From Candidatus Planktophila sp. (GTDB taxonomy: Bacteria > Actinomycetota > Actinomycetes > Nanopelagicales > Nanopelagicaceae), in contig DAIMZE010000001.1 in NCBI GenBank assembly GCA_036734125.1, positions 1 to 54,048 on the forward strand: a DNA stretch of 54,048 nt. The letters are read 5' to 3'. Shown here piece by piece: positions 37,830-48,515 of this stretch. Every line of letters begins with the position of its first letter. The first letter of the stretch is position 1. Both the position numbers and the translations under genes were made by a program. The notes below the pieces were generated by a model, which saw only the letters and a program-made list of their open reading frames with translations, was not told the DNA's origin and searched no databases.

Positions 37830-39380
37830 ATGAACCGTATGTACTCGCGCGTCCGTAACTCCCTTGCGATCAAGGTTATTTTCTCGACCGTCTTGCTCTC
37901 CTTAGTTGTTACCGGAATAACGGGTTCGGTGCTCAATACCCAGCTATCTGCAGGTGTTAAAGATGTGAATTTAAGCTCGGCACTAGTTGAAGCACGTTCA
38001 ACAATCTTCACCGCCGAGTATCGATTTCTGTTAGCTCAGGGCGAAAAAGACTCTGTTGTACAAAAAGTTGTAGATGATGTTATTAGTTCAGCTACGACCT
38101 TAACTTCTAATGAGAATGCACGTGAAGTTGTGTTCCTCAGAAGTCCTGGCAATACGCGAGAAAACAATTACGAGATTGCCTCTAACTTGCTTGACCCGAC
38201 TTCGATTCCATCAACTCTGAGCGAGCGAGTGCGTAAGAATCCAGATCTCGTATATCAATACACCAACATGAATTATCTGACCGGGACCCGAATTAAAGGC
38301 CTAGCAATTGGCCAAAAAGTTCAGATTCCAAATGCTGGCCAGTATGAGATGTACATTATTTTTTCTTTGGCAAATCAAGAGAAGACCCTTGATTTGATTT
38401 CTCGCTCTCTATTTCTTGGTGGATTCATTCTTTTGCTTTTAATTGCCCTCATTACTTGGCTCGTAACCCGACAAGTTGTTAGCCCAGTACGAGAAGCAGC
38501 GATGATTGCTGCCGAGTTCACCGCTGGAGATTTCCGAAAGCGTTTAAAGGTTGAATCACAAGATGAAATTTCAACCCTAGGGTTAGCTTTCAACGATATG
38601 GCTGAATCTATTGAGAAGCAGATTGCTCGACTTGAGAATTTGTCCCGTGTCCAGCAAAGATTTGTATCAGATGTTTCTCATGAACTGCGAACACCCCTTA
38701 CAACTTTGCGCATGGCCTCTGAAGTGATTTATTCATCCAAAGAAGGTTTTGACCCAGTTGTTGCAAGAAGTGCCGAATTACTGGTTGCTCAGCTAGATCG
38801 TTTTGAGAAACTACTCGAAGATTTACTTGAAGTTTCACGATTTGATGCTGAAGTTGCGGTCCTAGAAGCGGTGGATTTCGATATGGTCCAATTAGTTCAA
38901 CGTTGCGCAGATGATTTAAGTCTTGTTGCTAAAGAGCGTAAGACCGAGATTTATGTCAATTCTTCAGAGCCTGTAATCATGATTAAGGCCGATATTCGAC
39001 GAGTAGAGCGCATTCTTCGCAACCTATTAGCTAACGCAATTGACCATTCTGAAGAGTTACAAATTGATGTTCGAATCGAAGCTAGCGAACATGATGTTGC
39101 AGTCGGAGTCCGTGATTATGGAATCGGACTAGATGAAAATGCGCTAACTAGAGTTTTTGATCGATTCTGGCGCGCAGATCCTTCGCGTGCCAGAACTCGC
39201 GGGGGAACCGGACTTGGCTTATCCATTGCACTCGAAGATGCACGTTTGCACAATGGCGAACTCGAAGCATGGGGACGCCCTGGGCGTGGATCGCACTTTG
39301 TAGTCACACTTCCTCGTAACACATGGGAAAGTATTGAAGCGCGGCTTATCAAGTTACAACCCGAAGATTACAGAGCTTAG
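37830..39380 (+). CDS. mtrB: Sensor kinase MtrB
   Basis: 2 TM, HAMP, FVSDVSHELRTPLT, RFWRADPSRAR..GGTGLGL. Confidence 0.92.
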   Translation: MNRMYSRVRNSLAIKVIFSTVLLSLVVTGITGSVLNTQLSAGVKDVNLSSALVEARSTIFTAEYRFLLAQGEKDSVVQKVVDDVISSATTLTSNENAREVVFLRSPGNTRENNYEIASNLLDPTSIPSTLSERVRKNPDLVYQYTNMNYLTGTRIKGLAIGQKVQIPNAGQYEMYIIFSLANQEKTLDLISRSLFLGGFILLLLIALITWLVTRQVVSPVREAAMIAAEFTAGDFRKRLKVESQDEISTLGLAFNDMAESIEKQIARLENLSRVQQRFVSDVSHELRTPLTTLRMASEVIYSSKEGFDPVVARSAELLVAQLDRFEKLLEDLLEVSRFDAEVAVLEAVDFDMVQLVQRCADDLSLVAKERKTEIYVNSSEPVIMIKADIRRVERILRNLLANAIDHSEELQIDVRIEASEHDVAVGVRDYGIGLDENALTRVFDRFWRADPSRARTRGGTGLGLSIALEDARLHNGELEAWGRPGRGSHFVVTLPRNTWESIEARLIKLQPEDYRA

Positions 39381-39437
39381 TTTCCACAGTTTTTAGCTTC
39401 AGTGTCTGGATCGATTGAATCCCGCCATGATTGCAAG

Positions 39438-40076
39438 GTGCGCCCATTTGCTGAACTTTCACAACTGATCTTTCCAAGTAGATGTTTTGGCTGTCACCGT
39501 TTAGGACCAAGTATTTGTTCAGCGTGTAGAAGTAGTTGGCATCCACATTATTACAAAACCAAAGTCGAAAGCCTGACCGTGCATTCAGCACTGTTATACA
39601 CACCAACTGCATCAAAGATAATTCTTGCAGCAAAAGAATCCGGCCTGAAAGGCGCAGATGATTTACTCATTGAAGCAATTATTCATGTTTTAGATAAATC
39701 AGTTCCTGACACAACTTTGTTTCGTTTGGTACCGATTCCATCAAGTAAAGCTTCGCAGCGACGCAGAGGTAGAAGTTTTGTCGTGGATCTAGTGTCACAA
39801 ATTTCACAACGAACTGGTATTCCAATGATTGATTGTCTACAACTTTCAAGAAGAGTTTTAGATCAAAGTGGATTACACCGCGATGAGCGAGCATCAAATC
39901 TTGCGGGAGCCTTCACCCTGATTTCACCTGCTAGGGGAGAGCTGATTTTGATTGATGATGTGGTGACGACGGGGGCGACCCTGCGAGAGGCGGCCAGAGC
40001 TCTGAATTCGCAGGGTTTTCAGGCTATTGGCTCAGTAACCGCGATTACCGCCTGCGTTGCCCAGCGTCTACGATAA
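39438..40076 (+). CDS. comF: ComF family amidophosphoribosyltransferase-like protein
   Basis: C..C...C..C zinc ribbon, LIDDVVTTGAT; GTG start at 39438. Confidence 0.85.
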   Translation: MRPFAELSQLIFPSRCFGCHRLGPSICSACRSSWHPHYYKTKVESLTVHSALLYTPTASKIILAAKESGLKGADDLLIEAIIHVLDKSVPDTTLFRLVPIPSSKASQRRRGRSFVVDLVSQISQRTGIPMIDCLQLSRRVLDQSGLHRDERASNLAGAFTLISPARGELILIDDVVTTGATLREAARALNSQGFQAIGSVTAITACVAQRLR

Positions 40077-40118
40077 GGGCTTGGACACGGGTCCCATCCC
40101 CATCGAGAGGCGAGGTCA

Positions 40119-42794
40119 ATGCCAGCGTTTGTAGACAAGATTTTGCGTGCAGGCGAAGGACGCATCCTTCGCGATCTCACCAAGGTCGTTGCCTTAGTCA
40201 ATGCTCAAGAGGCTCGCTTCTCAGCGATGTCAGATGCTGAGCTACGCGAACAGACACCTCTTTTCCAAGCTCGTTATGCAAATGGCGAGACACTTGATGA
40301 TCTTCTACCCGAAGCGTTCGCAGTTGTTCGCGAAGCCGGTCGACGTACTTTAGGTCAACGTCACTATGACGTGCAGCTCATGGGTGGTGCAGCGATGCAC
40401 CGAGGCAATATTGCCGAAATGCGTACTGGTGAAGGTAAAACTTTAGTTGCAACGCTTCCTTCATATTTGAACGCTCTTGCTGGACGTGGAGTGCATGTTG
40501 TTACAACAAATGATTACTTGGCCGAGCGCGATAGCGAATGGATGGGCCGCGTTCACAGATTCTTAGGTTTAAAGGTTGGCGTAATTCTTGCAAACATGAC
40601 ACCAGTTGAACGCCGCGAAGCTTATTCAGCTGACATCACTTACGGAACAAATAACGAATTTGGTTTTGATTATCTTCGTGACAACATGGCTTGGTCACTT
40701 GAAGAATGTGTACAACGCGATCACTTTTTTGCAGTAGTAGATGAAGTGGACTCGATTCTGATCGATGAGGCACGTACACCTTTGATTATCAGCGGACCGG
40801 CAGATAAAGCCACCAAGTGGTATGTCGAGTTTGCGAATCTAGTTCAAAAACTTCAGCGCGATGTTCACTACGAAGTGGATGAGAAGAAAAAGACTTCAGG
40901 AATTCTCGAAGAAGGCGTTACTAAGGTAGAAGAGCTCTTGCAGATCGGAAACCTGTACGAAGCCGCTAATACGCCAATGATCGGCTACTTAAACAACGCC
41001 ATCCGCGCAAAAGAGTTGTTTAAGCGCGATAAAGATTATGTAGTTATGAATGGCGAATTGCTGATCGTTGATGAGCACACTGGCCGCATGCTGGCTGGTC
41101 GTCGTTACAGCGAGGGACTGCACCAAGCTCTCGAGGCAAAAGAGCGCATTGAAATTAAGGATGAGAACCAGACTCTTGCAACAATTACGCTGCAAAACTA
41201 TTTCCGTCTCTATGACAAATTGTCAGGTATGACAGGTACCGCAACTACTGAAGCTTCAGAATTCCACCAAATTTATAAGCTTGGTGTAGTTCCAATTCCA
41301 ACTAACCGCCCATCACAGCGAATTGATTCGCCTGATTTGGTCTACAAAACTGAGGTTGGAAAGTTCGCAGCTGTTACCGCAGATATTGTCGAGCGCTACC
41401 GTAAAGGCCAACCTGTATTGGTTGGAACTGTCAGTGTTGAAAAGTCCGAAGAATTGTCATCATTTTTACGCAAAGCCGGAGTTCCGCACGAAGTACTGAA
41501 CGCAAAGCATCACGAACGTGAAGCAGCGATCATCGCACGTGCAGGTGTTAAGGGCGCGGTAACTGTTGCAACAAATATGGCAGGCCGTGGTACGGACATC
41601 ATGTTGGGTGGAAACCCAGAGTTCATGGCAGATTTTGAATTACAACGTCGCGGAATTTCTCCAGTAGATAATGCTGAAGAGTATGAAAAAGAATGGCCAG
41701 CAGAAATTGCACGACAAAAGGCAGCGGTTGAAAAAGGGCATGAAGAAGTTGTTGGACTTGGTGGACTGTACGTTCTAGGAACTGAACGCCACGAATCCCG
41801 TCGCATCGATAACCAGCTTCGAGGTCGCTCAGGTCGCCAAGGCGATCCAGGAGAATCACGTTTCTATCTTTCATTACAAGATGATTTGATGCGTCGATTT
41901 AATTCAGGAATTGTGGAACGCTTCTTAACGGCTGCTGGTCTTCCAGATGATGCGCCAATCGAATCAAAGATGGTTTCTAACGCGATTAAATCTGCGCAAA
42001 CACAGGTTGAAGCTCAAAACTTTGAAATGCGTAAGAATGTTTTGAAGTATGACGATGTTATGAACCGCCAGCGCACAGTTATTTACGGTGAGCGCCGCAT
42101 GGTGCTCGAAGGCGCAGATATCAAGGGCCAAGTAGCAGTATTTGTATCAGATACTTTGTCTGCTTACATCGCAGCAGCAACCGCTGATGGTTTTGCAGAG
42201 GACTGGGATCTAGACACCTTATTTACAGCGCTCAAGACAATTTACCCAATCTCATTTACTATCGAAGAGCTTGAAGCTAAGGCAGGTTCACGCATTGGAC
42301 TTGATGCAGATTTCATTACAGCTCAAGTACTTGAAGATTGTGAAGCTGCGTATGCACAACGCGAAGCAGCTTTGGGTGATGAAGTTATGCGTGAACTCGA
42401 GCGCAAGGTCTTGCTCTCAGTATTAGATCGCAAGTGGCGCGAACATCTTTACGAGATGGATTATCTGCAAGAAGGTATTGGACTTCGAGCGATGGCCCAG
42501 CGCGATCCTCTGGTGGAGTACCAGAAAGAAGGTTTCGATCTATTTGCTGCCATGATGGATGCAGTTAAGGAAGAGATCGCAGGCTTTGTGTTTAACATCG
42601 AAGTCACCGTTGAAAGTGCAAGTAATCAGGTAGTAGCTCCTGGTCTTGAGTCAAAGCAATTGCCTCAAGCAGGTTTGCAGTACACAGCTGCAGATGAATC
42701 AGGAGTTCGTACAACTGGTGAAGTTTCTCGAAACGCTCCATGTCCTTGCGGATCAGGTAAGAAGTTTAAGCGTTGCCACGGAGGCGCAGCTTAA
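40119..42794 (+). CDS. secA: Preprotein translocase SecA
   Basis: [41 protein letters not shown] motif [13 protein letters not shown]. Confidence 0.98.
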   Translation: MPAFVDKILRAGEGRILRDLTKVVALVNAQEARFSAMSDAELREQTPLFQARYANGETLDDLLPEAFAVVREAGRRTLGQRHYDVQLMGGAAMHRGNIAEMRTGEGKTLVATLPSYLNALAGRGVHVVTTNDYLAERDSEWMGRVHRFLGLKVGVILANMTPVERREAYSADITYGTNNEFGFDYLRDNMAWSLEECVQRDHFFAVVDEVDSILIDEARTPLIISGPADKATKWYVEFANLVQKLQRDVHYEVDEKKKTSGILEEGVTKVEELLQIGNLYEAANTPMIGYLNNAIRAKELFKRDKDYVVMNGELLIVDEHTGRMLAGRRYSEGLHQALEAKERIEIKDENQTLATITLQNYFRLYDKLSGMTGTATTEASEFHQIYKLGVVPIPTNRPSQRIDSPDLVYKTEVGKFAAVTADIVERYRKGQPVLVGTVSVEKSEELSSFLRKAGVPHEVLNAKHHEREAAIIARAGVKGAVTVATNMAGRGTDIMLGGNPEFMADFELQRRGISPVDNAEEYEKEWPAEIARQKAAVEKGHEEVVGLGGLYVLGTERHESRRIDNQLRGRSGRQGDPGESRFYLSLQDDLMRRFNSGIVERFLTAAGLPDDAPIESKMVSNAIKSAQTQVEAQNFEMRKNVLKYDDVMNRQRTVIYGERRMVLEGADIKGQVAVFVSDTLSAYIAAATADGFAEDWDLDTLFTALKTIYPISFTIEELEAKAGSRIGLDADFITAQVLEDCEAAYAQREAALGDEVMRELERKVLLSVLDRKWREHLYEMDYLQEGIGLRAMAQRDPLVEYQKEGFDLFAAMMDAVKEEIAGFVFNIEVTVESASNQVVAPGLESKQLPQAGLQYTAADESGVRTTGEVSRNAPCPCGSGKKFKRCHGGAA

Positions 42795-42796
42795 AT

Positions 42797-43324
42797 TTAG
42801 ATAAGCGTTAGACAGGTGCATAGCCATCGTCCGTCTAAACCTTCAAATCTGATTGCAACTACACGTAAGCGATCTCCAAATCGCACCGTGACTGTAGCTT
42901 CACAAATACCATCTAGAGGTTCAGTAATTCTGGTCTTACGCACTCTTCCAATTTCTTGCAATGAACCAGTGGCGTGCTGCAGTTGTGAATAAATGGTGTA
43001 GTGACACACTATTTGAAGTTGTTGCGAAGAACGCCTACCTGCCCAAATTTCAAGAACATTGTGTATGAATTGATGTATCAACGGCTTTATCTCGGGCAAA
43101 GTAGCAGCAGAGGTAGGTTGAGGCGCGAATTCGGCGTCAAATTCTTCGCCAAAGGTACTTGGCACTAAGTAGAGCCGAGGTTTTTTAATCACTTGAATCT
43201 GCGGGGAAGGTCGAAACATTTCTAGGACAGGATGCAGAAAATCTTCATTAGGATCACTCGAAACTGGAATGAGCTCAGTTACGGTAAATGTTGGCAATTG
43301 ATCAAAGTCAGGTTGGGTTGTCAT
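42797..43324 (-). CDS. Rv3235/DUF6459-like protein
   Basis: EIWAGRR...QL, EATVTV...R..AIRFE...GRWLC; convergent with secA. Confidence 0.8.
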   Translation of the reverse strand: MTTQPDFDQLPTFTVTELIPVSSDPNEDFLHPVLEMFRPSPQIQVIKKPRLYLVPSTFGEEFDAEFAPQPTSAATLPEIKPLIHQFIHNVLEIWAGRRSSQQLQIVCHYTIYSQLQHATGSLQEIGRVRKTRITEPLDGICEATVTVRFGDRLRVVAIRFEGLDGRWLCTCLTLI

Positions 43325-43398
43325 AGACCTACCGTTGCGCTGATTAATGCAGAGAAACTCACTCTAAAGTCTCTGAAGTTCTCATACTTTTGACTGAT

Positions 43399-43407
43399 TG
43401 TGGATAA
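43399..43407 (-). promoter_or_regulatory. Perfect DnaA box (TTATCCACA)
   Basis: TGTGGATAA on the + strand in the divergent intergenic region. Confidence 0.45.
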
Positions 43408-43446
43408 ACCGAAGGGGAATGTCCTTCTAGCCCGTTGGGTAGCCCC

Positions 43447-44046
43447 ATGAAAAATAAAAAAGATTCTTACGGTGCACGCATGCCTCTTGCGATTACTTTA
43501 ATTGTTGCTGCCTTTGCATCTGCATTCTTTATCTCGACTTATTCGAATAGAGGTTACGAGTATTGGGTGATTGCACAATCTGTGACACCAGGTCATGTCA
43601 TTTCATCAGCTGATCTGACCAATGATCACTTAAACCTGGGGGACAGTACGGATTATTACTTAAGAGAATCTGACCAGATTGTTGGATTGGTTGCTACACG
43701 TCAGTTGCAGCCCGGCGAACTAATATCCACGGCAGATGTAAATAGCTCTGCAGAATCAATGGCAACAAGTGCGGTCCCGCTTAATCTTCGTTCATCAGAC
43801 CTTGCCTCCGGAATATCTGTAGGTGATTCGGTTGACCTTTACTGGGTTCTTGATTCACGCAATGGTGAAGAGGTTGTAGATCCAATACTCATTCTTGGTG
43901 GGATAGCTTTAGTTGGTTTGGATAATTCGAAGAACTCTTTAGGCGGCGATACTTCAATAACCGTTGCCATTGAGGAAACCCAAGTTCTTCGAATGTTAAG
44001 TGCAACAACACAGGGTCGACTAGTAGTGGTGCGCACGCATGTCTGA
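43447..44046 (+). CDS. SAF-domain protein (CpaB/FlgA-like)
   Basis: N-terminal TM, PGHVIS.ADL, GLVATRQLQPGELI, VGDSVDLYW. Confidence 0.75.
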   Translation: MKNKKDSYGARMPLAITLIVAAFASAFFISTYSNRGYEYWVIAQSVTPGHVISSADLTNDHLNLGDSTDYYLRESDQIVGLVATRQLQPGELISTADVNSSAESMATSAVPLNLRSSDLASGISVGDSVDLYWVLDSRNGEEVVDPILILGGIALVGLDNSKNSLGGDTSITVAIEETQVLRMLSATTQGRLVVVRTHV

Positions 44047-45139
44047 ACTTGAAATGCCAACAGTCATTACCGCGATAGCAAATAGCGAAGCCGAAGGCTT
44101 TGTTGCAGGAACTCTCTTTGCCCAAGGTTGGAACGTAGTTTTCCGAGCAATTGATTGGGTTTCCTTAGACACGTATGTGCAATCAAATCCCGAACTAGCC
44201 AAGACCGCGTTACTTATTTTTGGAAGTGATTTGCCTGGCGCTGACAAGAAATCAATGGATTCTCTGAACGGTGCTGTCCGGCAAATGATTGGCTTTGCTT
44301 TGCCAAACGTTACAACTGACGATTTTGGAGTTCTGACCCCATTACCAAGTGTGGGCACTGATCTGATCTCGTTAGTTCGTGGCTTTGTACGGGCACCTTT
44401 AGTGCGGACTAGTGCAGTTACTCAACGTAAAGTGCGGAACTCAAAAGTTATAGCAATTGGCTCGGCAGGCAGTTATACGGGTTGCACCTTTATTGCACTG
44501 AACTTAGCCATGGAGTTAAGTTTGCTGGAAAAATCGACCCTGCTAGTTGAAGCAAATTTTCGAGCACCGTCTCTGTCCCCACTGTTATCGATGCGAAAGA
44601 TTACAGAAAATTCAGAGTGGAAGAAGATAGCCCCTAATCTCTCGATTTCAGAGATTACCCAAGACACGTCAGATGATTTAGATGTGTTCATGAATAATGC
44701 AACAGATAACTTTGATTTTGTGGTTTTGGATATAGGTTCTATTTCAGGTTTATCAAATCGCTTAACCGATAGACGATGGACTTCGAATGTAACAACCTGG
44801 TGTTGCGATCAATCCGATGAACTCATGATTACTTCGCGTGCGGATTTCTTGGGACATTACCGACTTGTCCAAGTGATTGATTTGTTGCAACAGACTTCGA
44901 TACGAGCACAAGTAAGTTTTACCCAAAACATGAAATCTTCTGGAAAACGAGGGGATGCAGAAATGGCACGTTTTCTTACAGTCACAACTGCGCTAAAGCC
45001 GATCCGCGTGCGGAGCATGAAGCAAGAGGTTCGATCAGTTCAAGCGGCCGAGGATGAACATGCCACCATGGTTGAGATCAATGAGCGCTCACATCTGCGT
45101 AAAGCTATCGCTGAATTAGCCCGAGAAATCACTTCATAA
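44039..45139 (+). CDS. CpaE/MinD-like protein with degenerate Walker A
   Basis: Receiver-like N-terminus; VIAIGSAGSYTGCT, LNLAMEL, LLVEAN, FDFVVLDIG. Confidence 0.65.
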   Translation: MSELEMPTVITAIANSEAEGFVAGTLFAQGWNVVFRAIDWVSLDTYVQSNPELAKTALLIFGSDLPGADKKSMDSLNGAVRQMIGFALPNVTTDDFGVLTPLPSVGTDLISLVRGFVRAPLVRTSAVTQRKVRNSKVIAIGSAGSYTGCTFIALNLAMELSLLEKSTLLVEANFRAPSLSPLLSMRKITENSEWKKIAPNLSISEITQDTSDDLDVFMNNATDNFDFVVLDIGSISGLSNRLTDRRWTSNVTTWCCDQSDELMITSRADFLGHYRLVQVIDLLQQTSIRAQVSFTQNMKSSGKRGDAEMARFLTVTTALKPIRVRSMKQEVRSVQAAEDEHATMVEINERSHLRKAIAELAREITS

Positions 45140-45158
45140 GATCTATTACTATGGGTGA

Positions 45159-45545
45159 ATGCGTGCATACCTTCCCATTAGCCACAAGGATCTTGAAGCC
45201 TTTGTGCTGACCAAAAGCATTGATGCTGATGAGGTATTTGCACCAACTCCAGCCTTTGTGACAGATAACTTGGATTGCGATGAAGAGGAACTCGAGTATT
45301 TGCTCTCTGTCGCGGCGGGTGAAGAGGCTTTAGATCTTCGCCTTTCAGAGAATGCGCCCGGAATTGTTTTAGCTTTTGAGGTCACTGATGAGCAAATTGC
45401 TGAAAATTATGAAGATTCGATTACCTTGAAAACGCCTTTGCCTTGGGATCAATTGCAATGCGCACTTCTTGCTTTTCAGGGCGACGATGAATTGGTGTGG
45501 TTTGCCACTCAAGAAATAGAGATTCATTTGGCGGAGTGGAAGTAA
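45159..45545 (+). CDS. DUF6912-like protein
   Basis: MRAYLP, DEEELEY, LVWFATQEI. Confidence 0.75.
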   Translation: MRAYLPISHKDLEAFVLTKSIDADEVFAPTPAFVTDNLDCDEEELEYLLSVAAGEEALDLRLSENAPGIVLAFEVTDEQIAENYEDSITLKTPLPWDQLQCALLAFQGDDELVWFATQEIEIHLAEWK

Positions 45546-45547
45546 CC

Positions 45548-47017
45548 ATGTTCCAACTCGAAAAGTTATTGGGCGCACGTACAACGATCAATATCGATCA
45601 AGCTGAAAGATTACGTGTATTGGTTGCTAATTGGCAGCTGTTATCAGATCTCTCCTTCGCAGATTTAATCTTGTGGGTTCCAATTCGGAAAGACATCACT
45701 ATGTGGCCAACAGGTCATATCGCAGTTGGGCATATTCGTCCCACAACAACTTCGACCGTTTATATCAACGATGTAATTGGTGATGAAGTTTTGTGGGGAG
45801 CTAAACCCATTATTGATGAAGCGCTTTCAGGCGATGAGATAATCAAAGCCAGTGATCCCGAAAAAATAGGTGAAATGCTGGTTAAGTCCGAGTCGATTCC
45901 AGTCACTTACGATGGTCAAGTTATTGCCGTTATCTCAAGTCATAGAAATGTAGAACATTCGCGCGGGTCTGGAAAACTTGAAAGCAACTATCGCGATCTT
46001 GCCAATCACTTATATGAGATGGTGGCAGAGGGCAGTTTTCCTTATGAAGATTCAGGTTCGTTCTTTGAACCAATGCCTCGCGTTGGCGATGGCTTAATTC
46101 GTCTGGATGCAAACTCTGCAATCTCTTATGCAAGCCCCAATGCGAAATCAGCGTTTTCTCGCATGGGCTGGCGCGGGGACTTAGAGGGGAAAAACCTAGG
46201 TGACATTGCTGAACAAGTTGTAACAGCTTCACTTAATCCACATGAAGAAGGTATTCGTTCACGTTTGAATGGAAAAATTCTACAAAGAGTAGAAATCGAT
46301 AACCAAGGCGCAACGATTGATTTGTTGGTTCTACCGCTGATAGTTGGAACAGACAAGATTGGCGCAATAGTGCTGCTACAGAATGTAACCGAGTTACGCA
46401 GACGTGATCGTGAATTAGTAACTAAAGATGCCACTATTCGCGAGATCCATCATCGCGTTAAGAACAATCTACAAACTGTTTCGGCCTTGCTACGTTTGCA
46501 ATCACGTCGAATCGAAGACCCTGCAGCTGCTGCAGCTTTAGATGAAGCTGTACGGCGCATCGCATCGATTGCTTTGGTTCATGAGACTTTATCCAATAGC
46601 ACCAAAACGACCGTGGCATTTGATGAAGTTTTAGGTTCTTTGGTCACACATTCCTTAGAGCTCAGCCCTCGAATGGGAGAGCTTCAGATTGAGCGAATTG
46701 GTGAAATCGGTTTATTGGAATCACGCGTGGCAACACCTTTGTCGCTAGTTGTGACTGAACTGATTCATAACGCACTTGAACATGGCCTTGCAGAATCTGG
46801 AACACACTTGAGAATTGAAGTTCAACGTTACAGCAATGAAGGTTTAGTGACTATTTCAGATAACGGCGTTGGATTACCGCAGGACTTTGACCTATTAACT
46901 TCATCTAACTTGGGTCTGCAGATTGTGAGAACTCTGACAGAGAATGAATTGCAAGGGGAACTTAAGTTGGAATCAACTGATCAGGGAACACAGGCCAAGC
47001 TGCGCTTCCCACTTTAA
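45548..47017 (+). CDS. pdtaS: Cytoplasmic sensor histidine kinase PdtaS
   Basis: WQLLSDLSFADL GAF, PRVGDG, EIHHRVKNNLQ, NALEHG, LGLQIV; adjacent to whiB1. Confidence 0.88.
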   Translation: MFQLEKLLGARTTINIDQAERLRVLVANWQLLSDLSFADLILWVPIRKDITMWPTGHIAVGHIRPTTTSTVYINDVIGDEVLWGAKPIIDEALSGDEIIKASDPEKIGEMLVKSESIPVTYDGQVIAVISSHRNVEHSRGSGKLESNYRDLANHLYEMVAEGSFPYEDSGSFFEPMPRVGDGLIRLDANSAISYASPNAKSAFSRMGWRGDLEGKNLGDIAEQVVTASLNPHEEGIRSRLNGKILQRVEIDNQGATIDLLVLPLIVGTDKIGAIVLLQNVTELRRRDRELVTKDATIREIHHRVKNNLQTVSALLRLQSRRIEDPAAAAALDEAVRRIASIALVHETLSNSTKTTVAFDEVLGSLVTHSLELSPRMGELQIERIGEIGLLESRVATPLSLVVTELIHNALEHGLAESGTHLRIEVQRYSNEGLVTISDNGVGLPQDFDLLTSSNLGLQIVRTLTENELQGELKLESTDQGTQAKLRFPL

Positions 47018-47283
47018 ATCTGGTTTTGCTGCTCCAATAAGCGTGCACGATTACGAGCTGCACGACGCTTTAATGCACGACGTTCATCTTCTGAAAGTCC
47101 GCCCCACACACCGGCATCCTGTCCGCTCTCTAACGCCCAAGCCAAGCAAGGCTCTTTAACAATGCAGCGCTGACAAACCTTTTTGGCTTCTTCGATTTGT
47201 GTAAGGGCTGGACCTGTATTTCCAACAGGGAAGAAAAGCTCTGGATCCTCATCACGGCAGGCTGATTGATGTCGCCAATCCAT
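47014..47283 (-). CDS. whiB1: WhiB1/WblE Fe-S transcription factor
   Basis: MDWRH...CRDEDPELFFPVGNTGPA, GQDAGVWGGLSEDERR; AAGGAG RBS. Confidence 0.93.
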   Translation of the reverse strand: MDWRHQSACRDEDPELFFPVGNTGPALTQIEEAKKVCQRCIVKEPCLAWALESGQDAGVWGGLSEDERRALKRRAARNRARLLEQQNQI

Positions 47284-47436
47284 CGCATGTCTCCTTAGGG
47301 AAGTAAGACTCGGTTTCAGAGTAATTGTTGTAATACACACAGTTGTGCGTGCAAGGGCTTAATTGTCCCCTGTGTAGCGGTGTTATACAAGGATGAACGG
47401 GAAAGAGTTTTCAAAATTAGGGTGATCTATCTCAAG

Positions 47437-47508
47437 TGCCCCCGACAGGAATCGAACCTGTGCACCTGCCTCCGGAGGGCAGTGCTCTATCCCCTGAGCT
47501 ACGGGGGC
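47437..47508 (-). tRNA. tRNA-Arg(CCG), CCA not encoded
   Basis: Reverse complement GCCCCCGTAGCTCAGGGGATAGAGCACTGCCCT-CCG-GAGGCAGGTGCACAGGTTCGATTCCTGTCGGGGGCA folds as a cloverleaf. Confidence 0.96.
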
Positions 47509-47573
47509 TCAATGGGTCAGCATGAAGGTTATCAGCGGGTGCAAAGAACTGTGCATACTGCAACAATTCACGC

Positions 47574-48095
47574 ATGAACTCAATCGCATACTTTGCTACA
47601 GGTTGTTTTTGGGGAGCAGAACGTCGCTTCTGGCAGCTAGATGGCGTAATCGAGACAAGCGTTGGCTACATGGGTGGCATTCGCCCGAACCCTTCATACG
47701 AACAGGTGTGTACAGGTGTTACTGGACATGCCGAAATGGTGAAAGTTGTCTTTGATCCGACCAAAGTTTCATACCTTCGTTTATTGCAAGAGTTCTGGAC
47801 GATGCACGATCCAACATCTTTAAATCAACAGGGCGGAGATATCGGAACGCAATATCGCAGCGCTATTTTTACGACGACACATGAGCAGATGCAGGTTGCG
47901 CTCGCTTCATGTCAGAGTTACCAAGAGGTTTTAACAAAAGCTGGCATGGATCGAATTTGTACAGAGATTCTGAGCGCCGAAGGAATCGAGTACTACCTTG
48001 CCGAGGAGTACCACCAAAAGTACTTACAGAAAAATCCAAATGGTTACGACTGTCATTCAAGCACAGGTGTTCCTTATCCAGAAACGGTTGCATAA
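47574..48095 (+). CDS. msrA: Peptide-methionine (S)-S-oxide reductase
   Basis: GCFWG, TGHAE, HDPT, GTQYRS, AEEYHQKY. Confidence 0.96.
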   Translation: MNSIAYFATGCFWGAERRFWQLDGVIETSVGYMGGIRPNPSYEQVCTGVTGHAEMVKVVFDPTKVSYLRLLQEFWTMHDPTSLNQQGGDIGTQYRSAIFTTTHEQMQVALASCQSYQEVLTKAGMDRICTEILSAEGIEYYLAEEYHQKYLQKNPNGYDCHSSTGVPYPETVA

Positions 48096-48098
48096 ATC

Positions 48099-48515
48099 AT
48101 GAGCGAAAAAGAGTATCCAGTAAAAATCGATGAAGCCGAACTTGCAAAGCGTGTAGATCCGTTGTCGTACGCGGTCTTACGTAATGCAGCAACCGAAACT
48201 GCTTTCACTGGTGAATACACCGAGACTGAAACAATCGGGGTGTACAAGTGCAAAGCGTGTAGCGCCGAATTGTTTAGAAGTGAAACCAAATTTCATTCAG
48301 GATGTGGATGGCCATCTTTTTATGCACCAACTGAAAACGATGCAGTTGAGCTCTTAGAAGATCGATCTTTAGCCCCTCGTATTCGCACTGAGGTACGTTG
48401 TGCTGCATGTGGGTCTCACCTGGGACATGTTTTTGAGGGCGAGGGGTACGCGGTTCCTACAAATCAACGCTGGTGTATTAACTCCGTTGCTTTGGTCTTA
48501 GAGGAAAATCAGTAA
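48099..48515 (+). CDS. msrB: Peptide-methionine (R)-S-oxide reductase
   Basis: KFHSGCGWPSF, HLGHVF, RWCINS, two CxxC. Confidence 0.96.
   Translation: MSEKEYPVKIDEAELAKRVDPLSYAVLRNAATETAFTGEYTETETIGVYKCKACSAELFRSETKFHSGCGWPSFYAPTENDAVELLEDRSLAPRIRTEVRCAACGSHLGHVFEGEGYAVPTNQRWCINSVALVLEENQ

Noticed and set aside
39380..39388. Second DnaA box upstream of comF (GTTTCCACA)
   Set aside because: Two mismatches to the consensus; expected by chance
47437..47508. tRNA-Arg as an integration site for a genomic island
   Set aside because: No integrase, no duplicated tRNA 3' end seen, and housekeeping genes on both sides
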